Part shown: positions 18,719 through 29,257 of the stretch, one piece after another
How positions within the stretch are numbered: position 1 is the first letter of the stretch
Layout of the letters: each line of letters starts with the position of its first letter
Source of the DNA: Dehalococcoidia bacterium
GTDB lineage: Bacteria; Chloroflexota; Dehalococcoidia; Lucifugimonadales; UBA1127
NCBI GenBank assembly: GCA_034422455.1
Contig: DAOUJQ010000016.1
Span: forward strand, 1,152 to 65,151
Length of the DNA: 64,000 nucleotides
Reading direction: 5' to 3'
The notes under the pieces: model-generated
Databases searched by the model: none
Seen by the model: the letters and a program-made list of their open reading frames with translations, nothing else
Told to the model about the DNA's origin: nothing
Position numbers and translations under genes: made by a program

Positions 18719-19600
18719 ATGAAAGCTGTCATTGCCTCGCTTTTCGTTTTCCTCGTTGCCGGTCTTGTCGGCTGCACTCAAGGCGGGTCCTCCACCACAG
18801 ACGAGCCTATCTTCATTTCCGGCGTGCCGGACCAGGAGGTCGCCGTCCTGGAAAGACGCTTCGTCACCCTCGCCATCTACCTCTCCGAGAAGACCGGGTT
18901 TGACGTCCAATACAAGCGCTACAGGACATACCAAGGCCCTGTCTCCGCCTTCAAGGACGGCAGGGTGCACCTGGCCTGGTTCGGCGGCCTCAGCGGCGTG
19001 CAAGCCCGCCTGGCCGTCCCCACTGCAGAGGCCGTCGCCCAACGCCCCGGCGACGACGAGTTCCACTCCGTTTTCATCGCCCCCCCCGATTCCGGCATCA
19101 CCTCCCTGGCCGACTTGTCCGGCAAGTCCTTCGCCTTTGGTTCAGAAGACTCCAACTCTGGTCACCTCATGCCGCGCTACTTCATGGGCGAGGCCGGCAT
19201 CGATGCCGAGACCGACCTTGCCACCTTTGGCTTCAAGGGAACGCACGACAACACCTGGAAGGCCGTTCGGGACGGCGAGTTTGAGGCTGGCGCCCTGAAC
19301 GAGGTCGTCTGGGAACGGCAAGTCGCCGCGGGCAAGGTGGACCTGAGCAAGGTCGACGTCTTCTACCGCACCCCGGCCTACGTGAACTACCACTGGCTCA
19401 TCAACCGTTCGATTGACGAGTCTCACGGCGCGGGCACTGCGGACAAGCTCATCGCGGCGCTCCTGGAACTGGACCCGGTGGAGGGCGGCAAGGCGGAGCG
19501 AATCGCTGACTCCTTCAGCACGGACGGTTTCGTCCCCGCGGAGACCGCCAGCTACCAGCCCATAGAGGACATCGCACGGGAGTTGGGGATACTGGAGTAG
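18719..19600 (+). CDS. phosphonate/phosphite/phosphate-type ABC substrate-binding lipoprotein (PhnD-like)
   Basis: Lipobox LVGC and PhnD-like motifs (..VHLAWFGGLSGVQA.., FAFGSEDSNSGHLMPRYF). Confidence 0.7.
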   Translation: MKAVIASLFVFLVAGLVGCTQGGSSTTDEPIFISGVPDQEVAVLERRFVTLAIYLSEKTGFDVQYKRYRTYQGPVSAFKDGRVHLAWFGGLSGVQARLAVPTAEAVAQRPGDDEFHSVFIAPPDSGITSLADLSGKSFAFGSEDSNSGHLMPRYFMGEAGIDAETDLATFGFKGTHDNTWKAVRDGEFEAGALNEVVWERQVAAGKVDLSKVDVFYRTPAYVNYHWLINRSIDESHGAGTADKLIAALLELDPVEGGKAERIADSFSTDGFVPAETASYQPIEDIARELGILE

Positions 19601-19603
19601 CTG

Positions 19604-19695
19604 CCCGTTCGCCCTGAGCCGTCCGTGCACCTCATCGTAGGGGCAACCCTCGTGGTTGCTCTCGGCCCTCCGTTCGCCGTGAGTCTGCCAAAGGG
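19604..19695. repeat. composite of family A (x2, one partial) and family D (GGGCAACCC hairpin) repeats
   Basis: CCCGTTCGCCCTGAGCC ..., then TCGTAGGGGCAACCCTCGTGGTTGC ..., then CCGTTCGCCGTGAGTCTGCCAAAGGG. It begins 4 nt after the PhnD-like stop codon. Confidence 0.75.
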
Positions 19696-19837
19696 TTAGT
19701 ATGTCTATTCTTCCACCCATTGCGCGTACTGGAGGCACGCCTGCCAGCCGTTGTGCGCGCCATGGGAGGCGTAACGGGTTTGAGAACGTAGGTCTGCAAG
19801 ACTGACGCGCAGTCACGGGTGGGGAGGAAGCATCACG

Positions 19838-21121
19838 ATGAGAAGGACTCGCGTAGTTGTCGCTGCTGTTGTCGTGCTTGTAGCCCTCGTCGGTTCCGGC
19901 GTTGGCTACCTGTCTCTGGAGCTCAGCCAGACCAACGCGGACCTGCAGGAGACACGGGAAGCCCTTGTCCAGTCGAATGCCGACCTCGTGGCCAGCATTG
20001 AAGCGCACAACGCCTTGGCCGCCGACTTCGATACCCTCGTCATGCAGCGGAACGCCCTGGTTGCGGAGCGCGACGCCCTCACCGGAAGCTTGGCGGAAAC
20101 CCGAACGGAACGGGACAGACTGCGCGCCGAGGCGCATGAACTCTCGGAGCAGAACCGCACGCTGGCGCATGAGAAGGCCGTGCTGACGCAAGAGCACGGC
20201 CATTTGCAGGGCGTCCACGAACAACTCACCACCACCCATCAGCAACTTGGGGCACAGCACGAGGCGCTGCAGGTATCCCATCTGGAATTGCAGGCGGCCC
20301 ATGAGCAACTTGGCGCATCGCATGAGGCGCTACAGGTGTCCCAGCAGCAGTTGCAGGCGTCCCACGAGACGCTGCAAACGTCCCATGAGGCTCTCGACTC
20401 TTCATACAAGGCCTTGAACCTCAAACACACAGAGTTGCAGCAAACCGCCGGCACCGTGGAGGAGTTGGAGACGCAGGCCGGCAGCCTCCGGACCGAGATC
20501 GCCCAGTTGGAGGAGCGGCGAAAGCCTCTCATCCTCTCTCAGCAGTCCGAGAGGATCCGTGGGCTTCTTTGCACTGGCAGTATGGAGCCGAAGTTGACCT
20601 GCCTTGATACAGCCACATGGCTCCACGACTATCAGCCAGAGGAAATCGTTGTCGGCGCGACCATCAGTTTTGAGAGTCGTGCCTGCTGGAGTGATGAGCC
20701 AAGCAATAGCTGGACGGCGCATCGAGTGATGGACATCAGGGTCACCAACGGTGTCCATTACTACTGGCCGCAGGGCGACGCCAACAGCGGGCCGGACGGC
20801 TGTTGGGTCCCCGAATCCAGCGTGACCGGCTACATGATCGAGATTCACAAGAACACAACGCCGGAGAATGCCACACTGCGGGACAACGTGAATGCGGCGA
20901 AGGATGCCTACGTTGCCGCTAGAGATGCCTACCGCGATCTGAGGCAGTCCTATGGTTGCTATGACTTCACAGCCACATGCGTTGTCTACAGCGATTTCGC
21001 CTACAATGCGTTGACTGCGGCCTATCAACGCTACTCCGAGGCGTACGACTACTACTGGGGCTGCTGGTACCGCAACGCCGAGAACTCGGAGTATCCCGGC
21101 CACATTCCGTATGAGTGCTAG
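19838..21121 (+). CDS. membrane-anchored coiled-coil protein with C-terminal S26B (Sec11/archaeal-type) signal-peptidase-like domain
   Basis: N-terminal TM segment VVVAAVVVLVALVG and about 210 aa of coiled coil that includes 12 H-E-x-L-Q-x-S heptads. Then come peptidase boxes GSMEP, AHRV and QGDAN, and a Tyr/Cys-rich tail. Confidence 0.6.
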   Translation: MRRTRVVVAAVVVLVALVGSGVGYLSLELSQTNADLQETREALVQSNADLVASIEAHNALAADFDTLVMQRNALVAERDALTGSLAETRTERDRLRAEAHELSEQNRTLAHEKAVLTQEHGHLQGVHEQLTTTHQQLGAQHEALQVSHLELQAAHEQLGASHEALQVSQQQLQASHETLQTSHEALDSSYKALNLKHTELQQTAGTVEELETQAGSLRTEIAQLEERRKPLILSQQSERIRGLLCTGSMEPKLTCLDTATWLHDYQPEEIVVGATISFESRACWSDEPSNSWTAHRVMDIRVTNGVHYYWPQGDANSGPDGCWVPESSVTGYMIEIHKNTTPENATLRDNVNAAKDAYVAARDAYRDLRQSYGCYDFTATCVVYSDFAYNALTAAYQRYSEAYDYYWGCWYRNAENSEYPGHIPYEC

Positions 21122-22005
21122 CTCCCCGCCGCGCGGCGCGCCGACTGCAGCGTGTTCTTCAGCAGCATCGCGATGGTCATCGGGCCGACGCCGCCAGGCA
21201 CCGGCGTGATCGCGGACGCCACCTCGGACACCGGGCCGAAGTCGACGTCGCCCGTCAGCCGGTAGCCGCGGTCGCGCGTGGGGTCGTCGACGCGGTTGAT
21301 GCCGACGTCCACCACCACGACGCCCTCCTTGACCATGTCCGCCGTGATGAACTCCGGCCTGCCCGCAGCGGCGATGAGGATGTCGCCCTGCCGCGTGATT
21401 GCGCCGAGGTCCCGCGTGCCGGTGTGGCACACGGTCACCGTCGCGTTGGCGCCCGCCGCCTTCTGCAGCAGCAGCAAGGACACGGGCTTGCCGACGATGT
21501 TGCTGCGGCCGCACACCACCACGTGCTTCCCTGCCGGGTCGTGGCCGGAGCGCACCAGCATCTCCTGCACTCCGGCGGGCGTGCACGGCACGAACGAGGG
21601 GTTGCCGGCGGCCAGCCGGCCGAGGTTGAACGGGTGGAGGCCGTCCACGTCCTTGTTGGGGTCGATGCTGTAGAGCACCGTTTCCTCGTCCACCTGCGGC
21701 GGCAGTGGCAGCTGCACCAGGATGCCATGGTACCGGGCGTCGTCGTTGAGTTGCCGCACCAGGTCCATGACCTGCGACTGTTCCGCGTCCTGCGGCAGCG
21801 TATAGGTCTCGGAGAAGATGCCCACCTCCTCGGCGGCGCGGCCCTTGTTTCGCACGTACACGGCGGATGCGGCGTTGTCGCCCACCAGCACCACCGCGAG
21901 CCCCGGCACGACGCCCGTCGACGCGGTCAGCGCGGCCACGCCCTCGGCGACCTCCGCCCGGACCTGTCTGGCGATCTCCGTGCCGCTGATAATCTCCGCC
22001 GCCAT
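21118..22005 (-). CDS. folD: bifunctional methylenetetrahydrofolate dehydrogenase/cyclohydrolase
   Basis: MAAEIISGTEIA..., VGDNAASAVYVRNK and GRSNIVGKP. The start is set at ATG 22003-22005. Confidence 0.92.
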   Translation of the reverse strand: MAAEIISGTEIARQVRAEVAEGVAALTASTGVVPGLAVVLVGDNAASAVYVRNKGRAAEEVGIFSETYTLPQDAEQSQVMDLVRQLNDDARYHGILVQLPLPPQVDEETVLYSIDPNKDVDGLHPFNLGRLAAGNPSFVPCTPAGVQEMLVRSGHDPAGKHVVVCGRSNIVGKPVSLLLLQKAAGANATVTVCHTGTRDLGAITRQGDILIAAAGRPEFITADMVKEGVVVVDVGINRVDDPTRDRGYRLTGDVDFGPVSEVASAITPVPGGVGPMTIAMLLKNTLQSARRAAGS

Positions 22006-22142
22006 GGGGCATACCTCCACTGTCGTCGTTCGGTGCGCTTACGATGATAGCAGCAGCCTTGGGCTGTGGAACAGACGATTTGAGCCGCTATCCAATGTAC
22101 GATTCCTTGGTGGCATTGGCTGGCCAGGGATAGTTGCCGTGC

Positions 22143-22204
22143 GGGGGTTCTGGATACCGGCCCCGTATCGGGGTACGGGGGGACTATGCGCCGGTATGAG
22201 GGGG
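22143..22204. repeat. REP-like hairpin, family B (variant with internal insertion)
   Basis: GGGGGTTCTGGATACCGG...GCGCCGGTATGAGGGGG. Confidence 0.7.
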
Positions 22205-22275
22205 TAGGGTTGGGTCGCGATCTGCGTCCTTTCCTCTTTTGTCTTGTCCTTCAATCGTCCTTCCTATGATCCCGG

Positions 22276-22301
22276 CCCTTCGACAGGCTCAGGGTGAGCG
22301 G
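22276..22301. repeat. family A element
   Basis: CCCTTCGACAGGCTCAGGGTGAGCGG. Confidence 0.8.
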
Positions 22302-22310
22302 GTCGTGCTG

Positions 22311-22494
22311 GGCCGAATTATTTCCGCGTCCGGCGTAGCTGCGGGTATTCGTCTTGCTTTTCGTGTTGAAGCTGAGTTGGCACGTTGCAGATACAACACG
22401 GATATTACCCGAGGGGAAGCGAATCCCGGCCGCCCTTCGCGGGGCGATACGCGGGGCGGTTGTGGTGACGGTGCATGGAGCGAGGGTAGCGGGG
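22311..22494. repeat. family E composite element (~185 bp), copy 1
   Basis: Aligns by eye over most of its length with 50116-50303. The shared core is CGTGTTGAAGCTGAGTTGGCACGTTGCAGATACAACACG ... CCTTCGCGGGGCGATACGCGGGGCGGTTGTGGTG ... GTGCATGGAGCGAGGGTAG. Confidence 0.75.
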
Positions 22495-22552
22495 GGACGG
22501 CGTTCGCGCGAGGGGGTGGTGGCAGGGGGGTGAGCGGGCGTCGTCGAGCGCA

Positions 22553-22587
22553 GGGTTTCTGGATACCGGCATGCGCCGGTATGAGGG
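22553..22587. repeat. family B hairpin GGGTTTCTGGATACCGGC-ATGC-GCCGGTATGAGGG
   Basis: 8-bp stem ATACCGGC/GCCGGTAT. Near-identical copies occur at 50732-50766 and 60231-60265, and in reverse at 28342-28373. Confidence 0.85.
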
Positions 22588-22627
22588 TGGGGGTTGGGGG
22601 TTGCCCTGCCCCACACATCGCCCGCCC

Positions 22628-22682
22628 CTCTGGGTTTCCCCGCCTACGCGGGGACAGGCTCTGCCTGCGCAGGAACGACGGA
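22628..22682. repeat. family C hairpins (two adjacent variants)
   Basis: CTCTGGGTTTCCCCGCCTACGCGGGGACAGGC followed by TCTGCCTGCGCAGGAACGACGG. Related copies occur at 50664, 57229, 59965, 60063, 60161 and 60335. Confidence 0.7.
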
Positions 22683-22693
22683 AGGAGTCTCCT

Positions 22694-22718
22694 CCTTCGA
22701 CAGGCTCAGGGCAAACGG
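22694..22718. repeat. family A element
   Basis: CCTTCGACAGGCTCAGGGCAAACGG. Confidence 0.8.
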
Positions 22719-22822
22719 CGGGGGTGTGGGCGACCGGGCGGACGTTCCACCCCTTCCCACCCCGCAAGCGCCATGCTATACTGCCTGCGACAGAAAGAGA
22801 GAGGAATAGGTCCCGAGGCAAC

Positions 22823-23086
22823 GTGGACAACGAGCAAAAGCAAGCCATCATCAACGATTTCAGGACCCACGCGACGGATACCGGTTCATCCGACGTCCAG
22901 ATTGCTCTCCTCACAGGGCGCATCAACGAGTTGAACCGTCACCTCCAAGTCCATAAGAAGGACCACCATACGCGTCGTGGTCTGTTGAAGCTTGTCGGGC
23001 AACGCCGCCGGCTGTTGAACTACATCGGCAGGACGGAGCCCACTCGATACCGTGCACTATTGACCAACCTCGGTCTCCGCCGCTAG
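22823..23086 (+). CDS. rpsO: 30S ribosomal protein S15
   Basis: GTG start. The sequence ..[56 protein letters not shown].. is a canonical S15. Confidence 0.92.
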   Translation: MDNEQKQAIINDFRTHATDTGSSDVQIALLTGRINELNRHLQVHKKDHHTRRGLLKLVGQRRRLLNYIGRTEPTRYRALLTNLGLRR

Positions 23087-23109
23087 CAATATCCCGCGGT
23101 CGACCCCTT

Positions 23110-23135
23110 CCTCCTCGTACAGAGATTAGAGGAGG
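23110..23135 (+). promoter_or_regulatory. rpsO-pnp intergenic hairpin that pairs the pnp Shine-Dalgarno sequence
   Basis: CCTCCTC-N12-GAGGAGG. The 3' arm is the GAGGAGG 8 nt upstream of the pnp ATG at 23143. Confidence 0.4.
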
Positions 23136-23142
23136 TTTCCCC

Positions 23143-25362
<2,220 letters not shown>

Positions 25363-25380
25363 GTTGCCATGACGTCGCTC

Positions 25381-25413
25381 CGTTCACCCTTCGATTTCCC
25401 TCAGGGCGAACGG
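25381..25413. repeat. family A hairpin (loop variant TTCGATTTCCCTCA)
   Basis: CGTTCACCCTTCGATTTCCCTCAGGGCGAACGG, 19 nt after the pnp stop codon. Confidence 0.85.
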
Positions 25414-25443
25414 AGTGGCCAAATCAACAACGGGGGAGCAACG

Positions 25444-26235
25444 ATGGCCGCCAACGGCAGTCCAATCCGCGTGCTCATCCACGGCGTCTCGGGCCGCATG
25501 GGCCGGGAGGTGCTCGCGGCGGTGACGGCTGCTCCCGACATGCTCCCCGTGGGCGGCGTCGACCTGCGCGCGGCGCCGGAGCTCCCCGCCGACCTGCCCT
25601 TCTTCACGGACGTGGGCACGGCCATCGAGGCCTGCACGCCCGACGTGATGGTGGACTTCTCGATTGCCGATGCATCCCCCGGCGCCCTGAAGGCGGCGGC
25701 CGGACGCGGTGTCTACGGCGTCGCCGGCACCACGGGAATCTCGGAGGCCGAACTCAACGCCATCGACACCATCGCCAGGGAGAACGGCGTGGGCGTCTTC
25801 ATCGCCCCGAACTTCGCCATCGGCGCCGTCCTGCTCGTGCAGGTTGCCCGGCAGCTCGGCCGCTTCTTCGAGGCGGCCGAGGTCGTCGAGCAGCACCACG
25901 ACGCCAAGATCGACGCGCCCTCCGGCACGGCCCTCGCCATAGCCCGCGCGCTTGCCGAGGGTCGCGGTGGGCCCTTCGCGCGGCAGATGCCGGATCGCGA
26001 GCCCGCGCCCGGCAGCCGCGGGGCGGAGCTGGACGGCGTGTCCATCCACGCCCAGCGCATGCCGGGCCGCCTCGCCCACCACGAGATCGTCCTCGGCACG
26101 CAGGGGCAGACCCTCTCGCTGCGCCACGACACCATCGGCCGCGACTGCTACATGCCGGGCGTTCTCACCGCCGTACGGCAGGTGGTACAATGCAAGGGTC
26201 TTGTGGTAGGGCTGGAGAAGCTCCTCGACCTGTAG
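25444..26235 (+). CDS. dapB: 4-hydroxy-tetrahydrodipicolinate reductase
   Basis: IRVLIHGVSGRMGREV and EVVEQHHDAKIDAPSGTA. The start is set at ATG 25444. The upstream part of the ORF-track ORF is repeat-encoded. Confidence 0.9.
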   Translation: MAANGSPIRVLIHGVSGRMGREVLAAVTAAPDMLPVGGVDLRAAPELPADLPFFTDVGTAIEACTPDVMVDFSIADASPGALKAAAGRGVYGVAGTTGISEAELNAIDTIARENGVGVFIAPNFAIGAVLLVQVARQLGRFFEAAEVVEQHHDAKIDAPSGTALAIARALAEGRGGPFARQMPDREPAPGSRGAELDGVSIHAQRMPGRLAHHEIVLGTQGQTLSLRHDTIGRDCYMPGVLTAVRQVVQCKGLVVGLEKLLDL

Positions 26236-26292
26236 CTGCACGCCTCTCCCACCGTTCCTCAAAGACCCACATCGTGCGTAGGAACTGCACAC

Positions 26293-27327
26293 ATGAGCGG
26301 AGCCAACATTGCCATTGTTGGGGCCACCGGCGCCGTAGGGCGCGTGGTTCTCAGCATCCTCGAAGAACGCAACTTCCCCGTCGAGCGCGTCAAGCTGCTC
26401 GCCAGCAGCCGCTCCGCGGGCACCAAGCTGCCCTTCATGGGCGGGGAACACACTGTCGAGGAGGCCACGCCCGACACCTTTGAGGGCGCAGACGTCGTCT
26501 TCTTCGCGGCCGGCGGCGGCACCAGCAAGACGCTCGCGCCGGAGGCCGCCAAGCGCGGCGCAGTCGTCGTTGACAAGTCCTCCGCGTGGCGCATGGACCC
26601 GGAGGTGCCGCTGGTCATCCCGGAGATCAACGCCGACGACCTTCACGAGCACAACGGCATCATCTCCAGCCCCAACTGCTCCACCATCGTCATGCTCATG
26701 GCACTGGCGCCGCTGCACCGGGCCAACCCCGTGCGGCGGGTCATCGTGGACACCTACCAGTCGGCGTCCGGCGCCGGCGGCAAGGGCATCACGGAGCTGT
26801 ACCGGCAGACCCACGACCTGCTGGAGTCCGACAGCACCAGCGCAGCCACCTTCCCGTACCCTCTGGCCTTCAACGTGCTCCCCCATGTGGAGGAGTTCAC
26901 GGACGACGGCTACACGACGGAAGAGACCAAGATGGAGAACGAGACCCGGAAGATCATGCACCTGCCGGACCTTCCCGTCTCAGCGACCTGCGTCCGCGTG
27001 CCCGTGCCCGTGTCCCACAGCGAGGCCGTCCACGTTGAGTTTGCGAACGTTATGTCGCCAGAAGAGGCGCGCGACGTTCTCTCGGAGTTCCCCGGTGTCC
27101 GCGTCGTCGACGACACCGCCAGCAAGAGCTACCCCCTCGCCGACTACGCGGCAGGCAGGGACGAGGTCTTCGTCGGGCGCATCCGGCCCGACCGGGCCCT
27201 CGAAAACGGCCTCTCCCTGTGGACCGTGGGCGACAACCTGCGGAAGGGCGCTGCCCTGAACGCCGTGCAGATAGCGGAAGCCCTGTTGGAACGGGGCCTG
27301 GCAGGCCCCAGCCGCAACGGGAGGTAG
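26293..27327 (+). CDS. asd: aspartate-semialdehyde dehydrogenase
   Basis: IAIVGATGAVG and the active-site motif SSPNCSTI. Confidence 0.93.
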   Translation: MSGANIAIVGATGAVGRVVLSILEERNFPVERVKLLASSRSAGTKLPFMGGEHTVEEATPDTFEGADVVFFAAGGGTSKTLAPEAAKRGAVVVDKSSAWRMDPEVPLVIPEINADDLHEHNGIISSPNCSTIVMLMALAPLHRANPVRRVIVDTYQSASGAGGKGITELYRQTHDLLESDSTSAATFPYPLAFNVLPHVEEFTDDGYTTEETKMENETRKIMHLPDLPVSATCVRVPVPVSHSEAVHVEFANVMSPEEARDVLSEFPGVRVVDDTASKSYPLADYAAGRDEVFVGRIRPDRALENGLSLWTVGDNLRKGAALNAVQIAEALLERGLAGPSRNGR

Positions 27328-27330
27328 CGT

Positions 27331-28227
27331 ATGGCTGAGGGTATCGGCAGACTCCTGACCGCTATGGTGACGCCCTTCGACTCCGAGGGGAACGTCGACT
27401 ACGCCCAGGCGCGCAAGCTCGCCCTGGCCCTCGTCGCGTCCGGCAGCGACGGCGTCGTCGTGGCCGGCACGACCGGCGAATCGCCGACGCTGAGGCACGA
27501 GGAGGAGGAGCGCCTCTTCGCCGAGATCAAGGAAGCGCTGGACGGGGTGGGCGACGTGGTCGCGGGCACCGGCAGCAACAGCACCGCGGAGGCCATCAAG
27601 TACACCGCGACCGCGACGAGGATCGGCGCCGACGCCGTCCTGTCGGTGGTGCCCTATTACAACAAGCCGCCGCAGGAGGGCCTCTACCAGCACTTCAAGG
27701 CCATCGCTGAGAGCACGGACCTGCCCGTCATCCTCTACAACGTGACGAGCCGCACCGCCGTGAATATGTCGGCGGAGACGGTCGTCCGTCTCAGCGAGAT
27801 TCCGAACATCGTTGGCCTCAAGGAGGCCGGCGGCGACCTGGGGCAGGCTGCGGAGATCATCCGCGACGCCGCGCCCGGCTTCCTCGTCTGGTCCGGGAAC
27901 GACGACCAGACCTACCCAATCATGGCGCTGGGCGGCTACGGCATCGTCAGCGTGGCATCGCACCTGGTCGGAGCGCAGATCAAGCGCATGATGGGCCTCA
28001 CGCTGGAGGGCGACCTGGAGGGCGCGGCGGCCGAGCACCGCCGGCTGCTGCCGATCTTCAAGGGGCTGTTCGTGTTGGCGAACCCCATCCCGGTGAAGTA
28101 CGCTGTAAACAAGGCGGGTTTCAACGTGGGCGCTCCGCGCCTGCCGCTGGTCACCCCGGACGCCAAGACGGCGGAGGGGCTAGACAGCCTGATGCGGGAC
28201 TACGAGGTTGACCTGCCGGTTTCCTAG
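27331..28227 (+). CDS. dapA: 4-hydroxy-tetrahydrodipicolinate synthase
   Basis: TAMVTPF, VVAGTTGESPTL and YNKP motifs. Confidence 0.93.
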   Translation: MAEGIGRLLTAMVTPFDSEGNVDYAQARKLALALVASGSDGVVVAGTTGESPTLRHEEEERLFAEIKEALDGVGDVVAGTGSNSTAEAIKYTATATRIGADAVLSVVPYYNKPPQEGLYQHFKAIAESTDLPVILYNVTSRTAVNMSAETVVRLSEIPNIVGLKEAGGDLGQAAEIIRDAAPGFLVWSGNDDQTYPIMALGGYGIVSVASHLVGAQIKRMMGLTLEGDLEGAAAEHRRLLPIFKGLFVLANPIPVKYAVNKAGFNVGAPRLPLVTPDAKTAEGLDSLMRDYEVDLPVS

Positions 28228-28249
28228 ACCGTCCAATGGTTGAGTCAGG

Positions 28250-28324
28250 GCCACCGTAGCTCAGAGGCAGAGCAGTTGTTTCGTAAACAACAGGCCGTCG
28301 GTTCGATTCCGACCGGTGGCTCCA
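28250..28324 (+). tRNA. tRNA-Thr (anticodon CGU), CCA encoded
   Basis: Manual cloverleaf: acceptor GCCACCG/CGGTGGC, anticodon stem GTTGT/ACAAC with loop TTCGTAA, and T-arm GTCGG-TTCGATT-CCGAC. Confidence 0.85.
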
Positions 28325-28341
28325 CCTCCCACCACGGTTCG

Positions 28342-28373
28342 TCATACCGGCGCGTGCCGGTATCCAGAAACCC
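28342..28373. repeat. family B hairpin (reverse orientation)
   Basis: TCATACCGGCGCGTGCCGGTATCCAGAAACCC, 18 nt after the tRNA-Thr. Confidence 0.8.
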
Positions 28374-28520
28374 TGCGGTCAAACGCCCTGGCGTCACCAA
28401 CAACTCCATCCCATCCCCGCGGAAGCCGAGACTCAAGGGCTCGTCGCCCGCCCCTGCTGTTGGCGCCGACGCTGGCTAGTGCAATAATCTAAGCTAGACC
28501 AACTGGACAGGAAGGCAAAT

Positions 28521-28778
28521 ATGGCTGAATGGGCCTTGCAGGACGCTAAGAACCGCTTCAGCGCCCTGGTGGACGCCGCCCTCGGCGGTGAGCCGCAGAC
28601 GGTCACGCGAAGGGGTGCTCCCGCCGTCGTGGTGGTTGCTGTAAAGGACTATCAGCGCCTTCGCCACGCGGAGACGGTCCATGCGCCGACCTTCGTCGAG
28701 CACCTGTTGGCCATCCCCAAGGGCGAGCCCGACGACCTGTTTGATCGCCAACTGCTCACGCTGCGTGAAATAGAGTAG
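28521..28778 (+). CDS. Phd/YefM-family type II antitoxin (no cognate toxin gene adjacent)
   Basis: MAEWALQDAKNRFSALVDAAL.GEPQ.VTRRG.PAVVVV....Y is the typical Phd/YefM (VapB-type) N-terminus. Confidence 0.7.
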   Translation: MAEWALQDAKNRFSALVDAALGGEPQTVTRRGAPAVVVVAVKDYQRLRHAETVHAPTFVEHLLAIPKGEPDDLFDRQLLTLREIE

Positions 28779-29007
28779 CCCGCCTCCTCTCTGTCCCTGC
28801 TGTCTGCCCAAGCGTCCCTGACCGCGCCCTCCCACAACCCTGACACCAACCCCTTTCGCTCCGGCCTGTGGCCCCGCTACCCTTGCCCCATGAGACCCGC
28901 GTCAATACACCCGCGAAGTCGTTCGTTGTCGGAGTGGCGTCCCACCCGGCGATGTGCAAACTGGTCCAGCGAGAGTTGGGAATTGTTTCCCGTGGGCGCA
29001 TTTTTCG

Positions 29008-29043
29008 GTCTTGTAGCTGAAATGCGCCATTTCGCTACAAGAC
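29008..29043. repeat. long near-perfect palindrome
   Basis: GTCTTGTAGC-T-GAAATG-CGC-CATTTC-GCTACAAGAC gives 16 paired positions with one bulge, in a low-GC non-coding stretch. Confidence 0.7.
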
Positions 29044-29257
29044 GAAGACCACACGAAACTCCCCGCAGCTACAAAAAACGAAGAAACAATGGACCGTTGA
29101 GCCGGGGCATCCCTGGATGCGCCAAAGCGTCAACCCTGAAGGTGCTGACCACGCCGCAGGTATCTGGGTGGGTAGCCTTCGCAACGTTCCATGCAATACC
29201 CTCTAGCGCGAGTTGCCAAAGGCATCAGGAGTGGAGACCCAAAGAAGAGGAGCGCTC

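Noticed and set aside
22376-22400. TTGGCACGTTGCA inside family E (also at 50181 and 50341) resembles the sigma-54 -24/-12 elements (TGGCAC ... TTGCA).
   Set aside because: The GG and GC elements are separated by only one nucleotide beyond the hexamer, not the required spacing of about 10 bp between GG and GC. The resemblance is coincidental.
22039-22934. Several 70-230-aa ORFs in the folD-rpsO spacer. Analogous ORFs occur at 50073-50842 and 59720-60527.
   Set aside because: They are translations of the REP-like families, giving recurring peptides such as [21 protein letters not shown] and GFLPAQERR. They have no RBS and overlap each other on both strands.
25369-25443. An N-terminal extension of dapB (MTSLRSPFDFPQGERSG...), as in the ORF track. 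The long N-terminal extensions of htrA (to 16969), panD (to 8980), the lipoprotein (to 15337) and rnd (to 32329) were treated the same way.
   Set aside because: The extensions are repeat-encoded or overlap neighbouring genes or spacers. Internal start codons with good RBS spacing reproduce the canonical N-termini.
28888-28962. Calling a vapC/PIN pseudogene as a feature on the minus strand.
   Set aside because: Only about 25 residues show a weak C-terminal PIN-like pattern. It lies tail-to-tail with the antitoxin rather than downstream of it, and no catalytic-Asp-containing upstream part could be recognised by eye. It is mentioned as a finding but not called as a feature.
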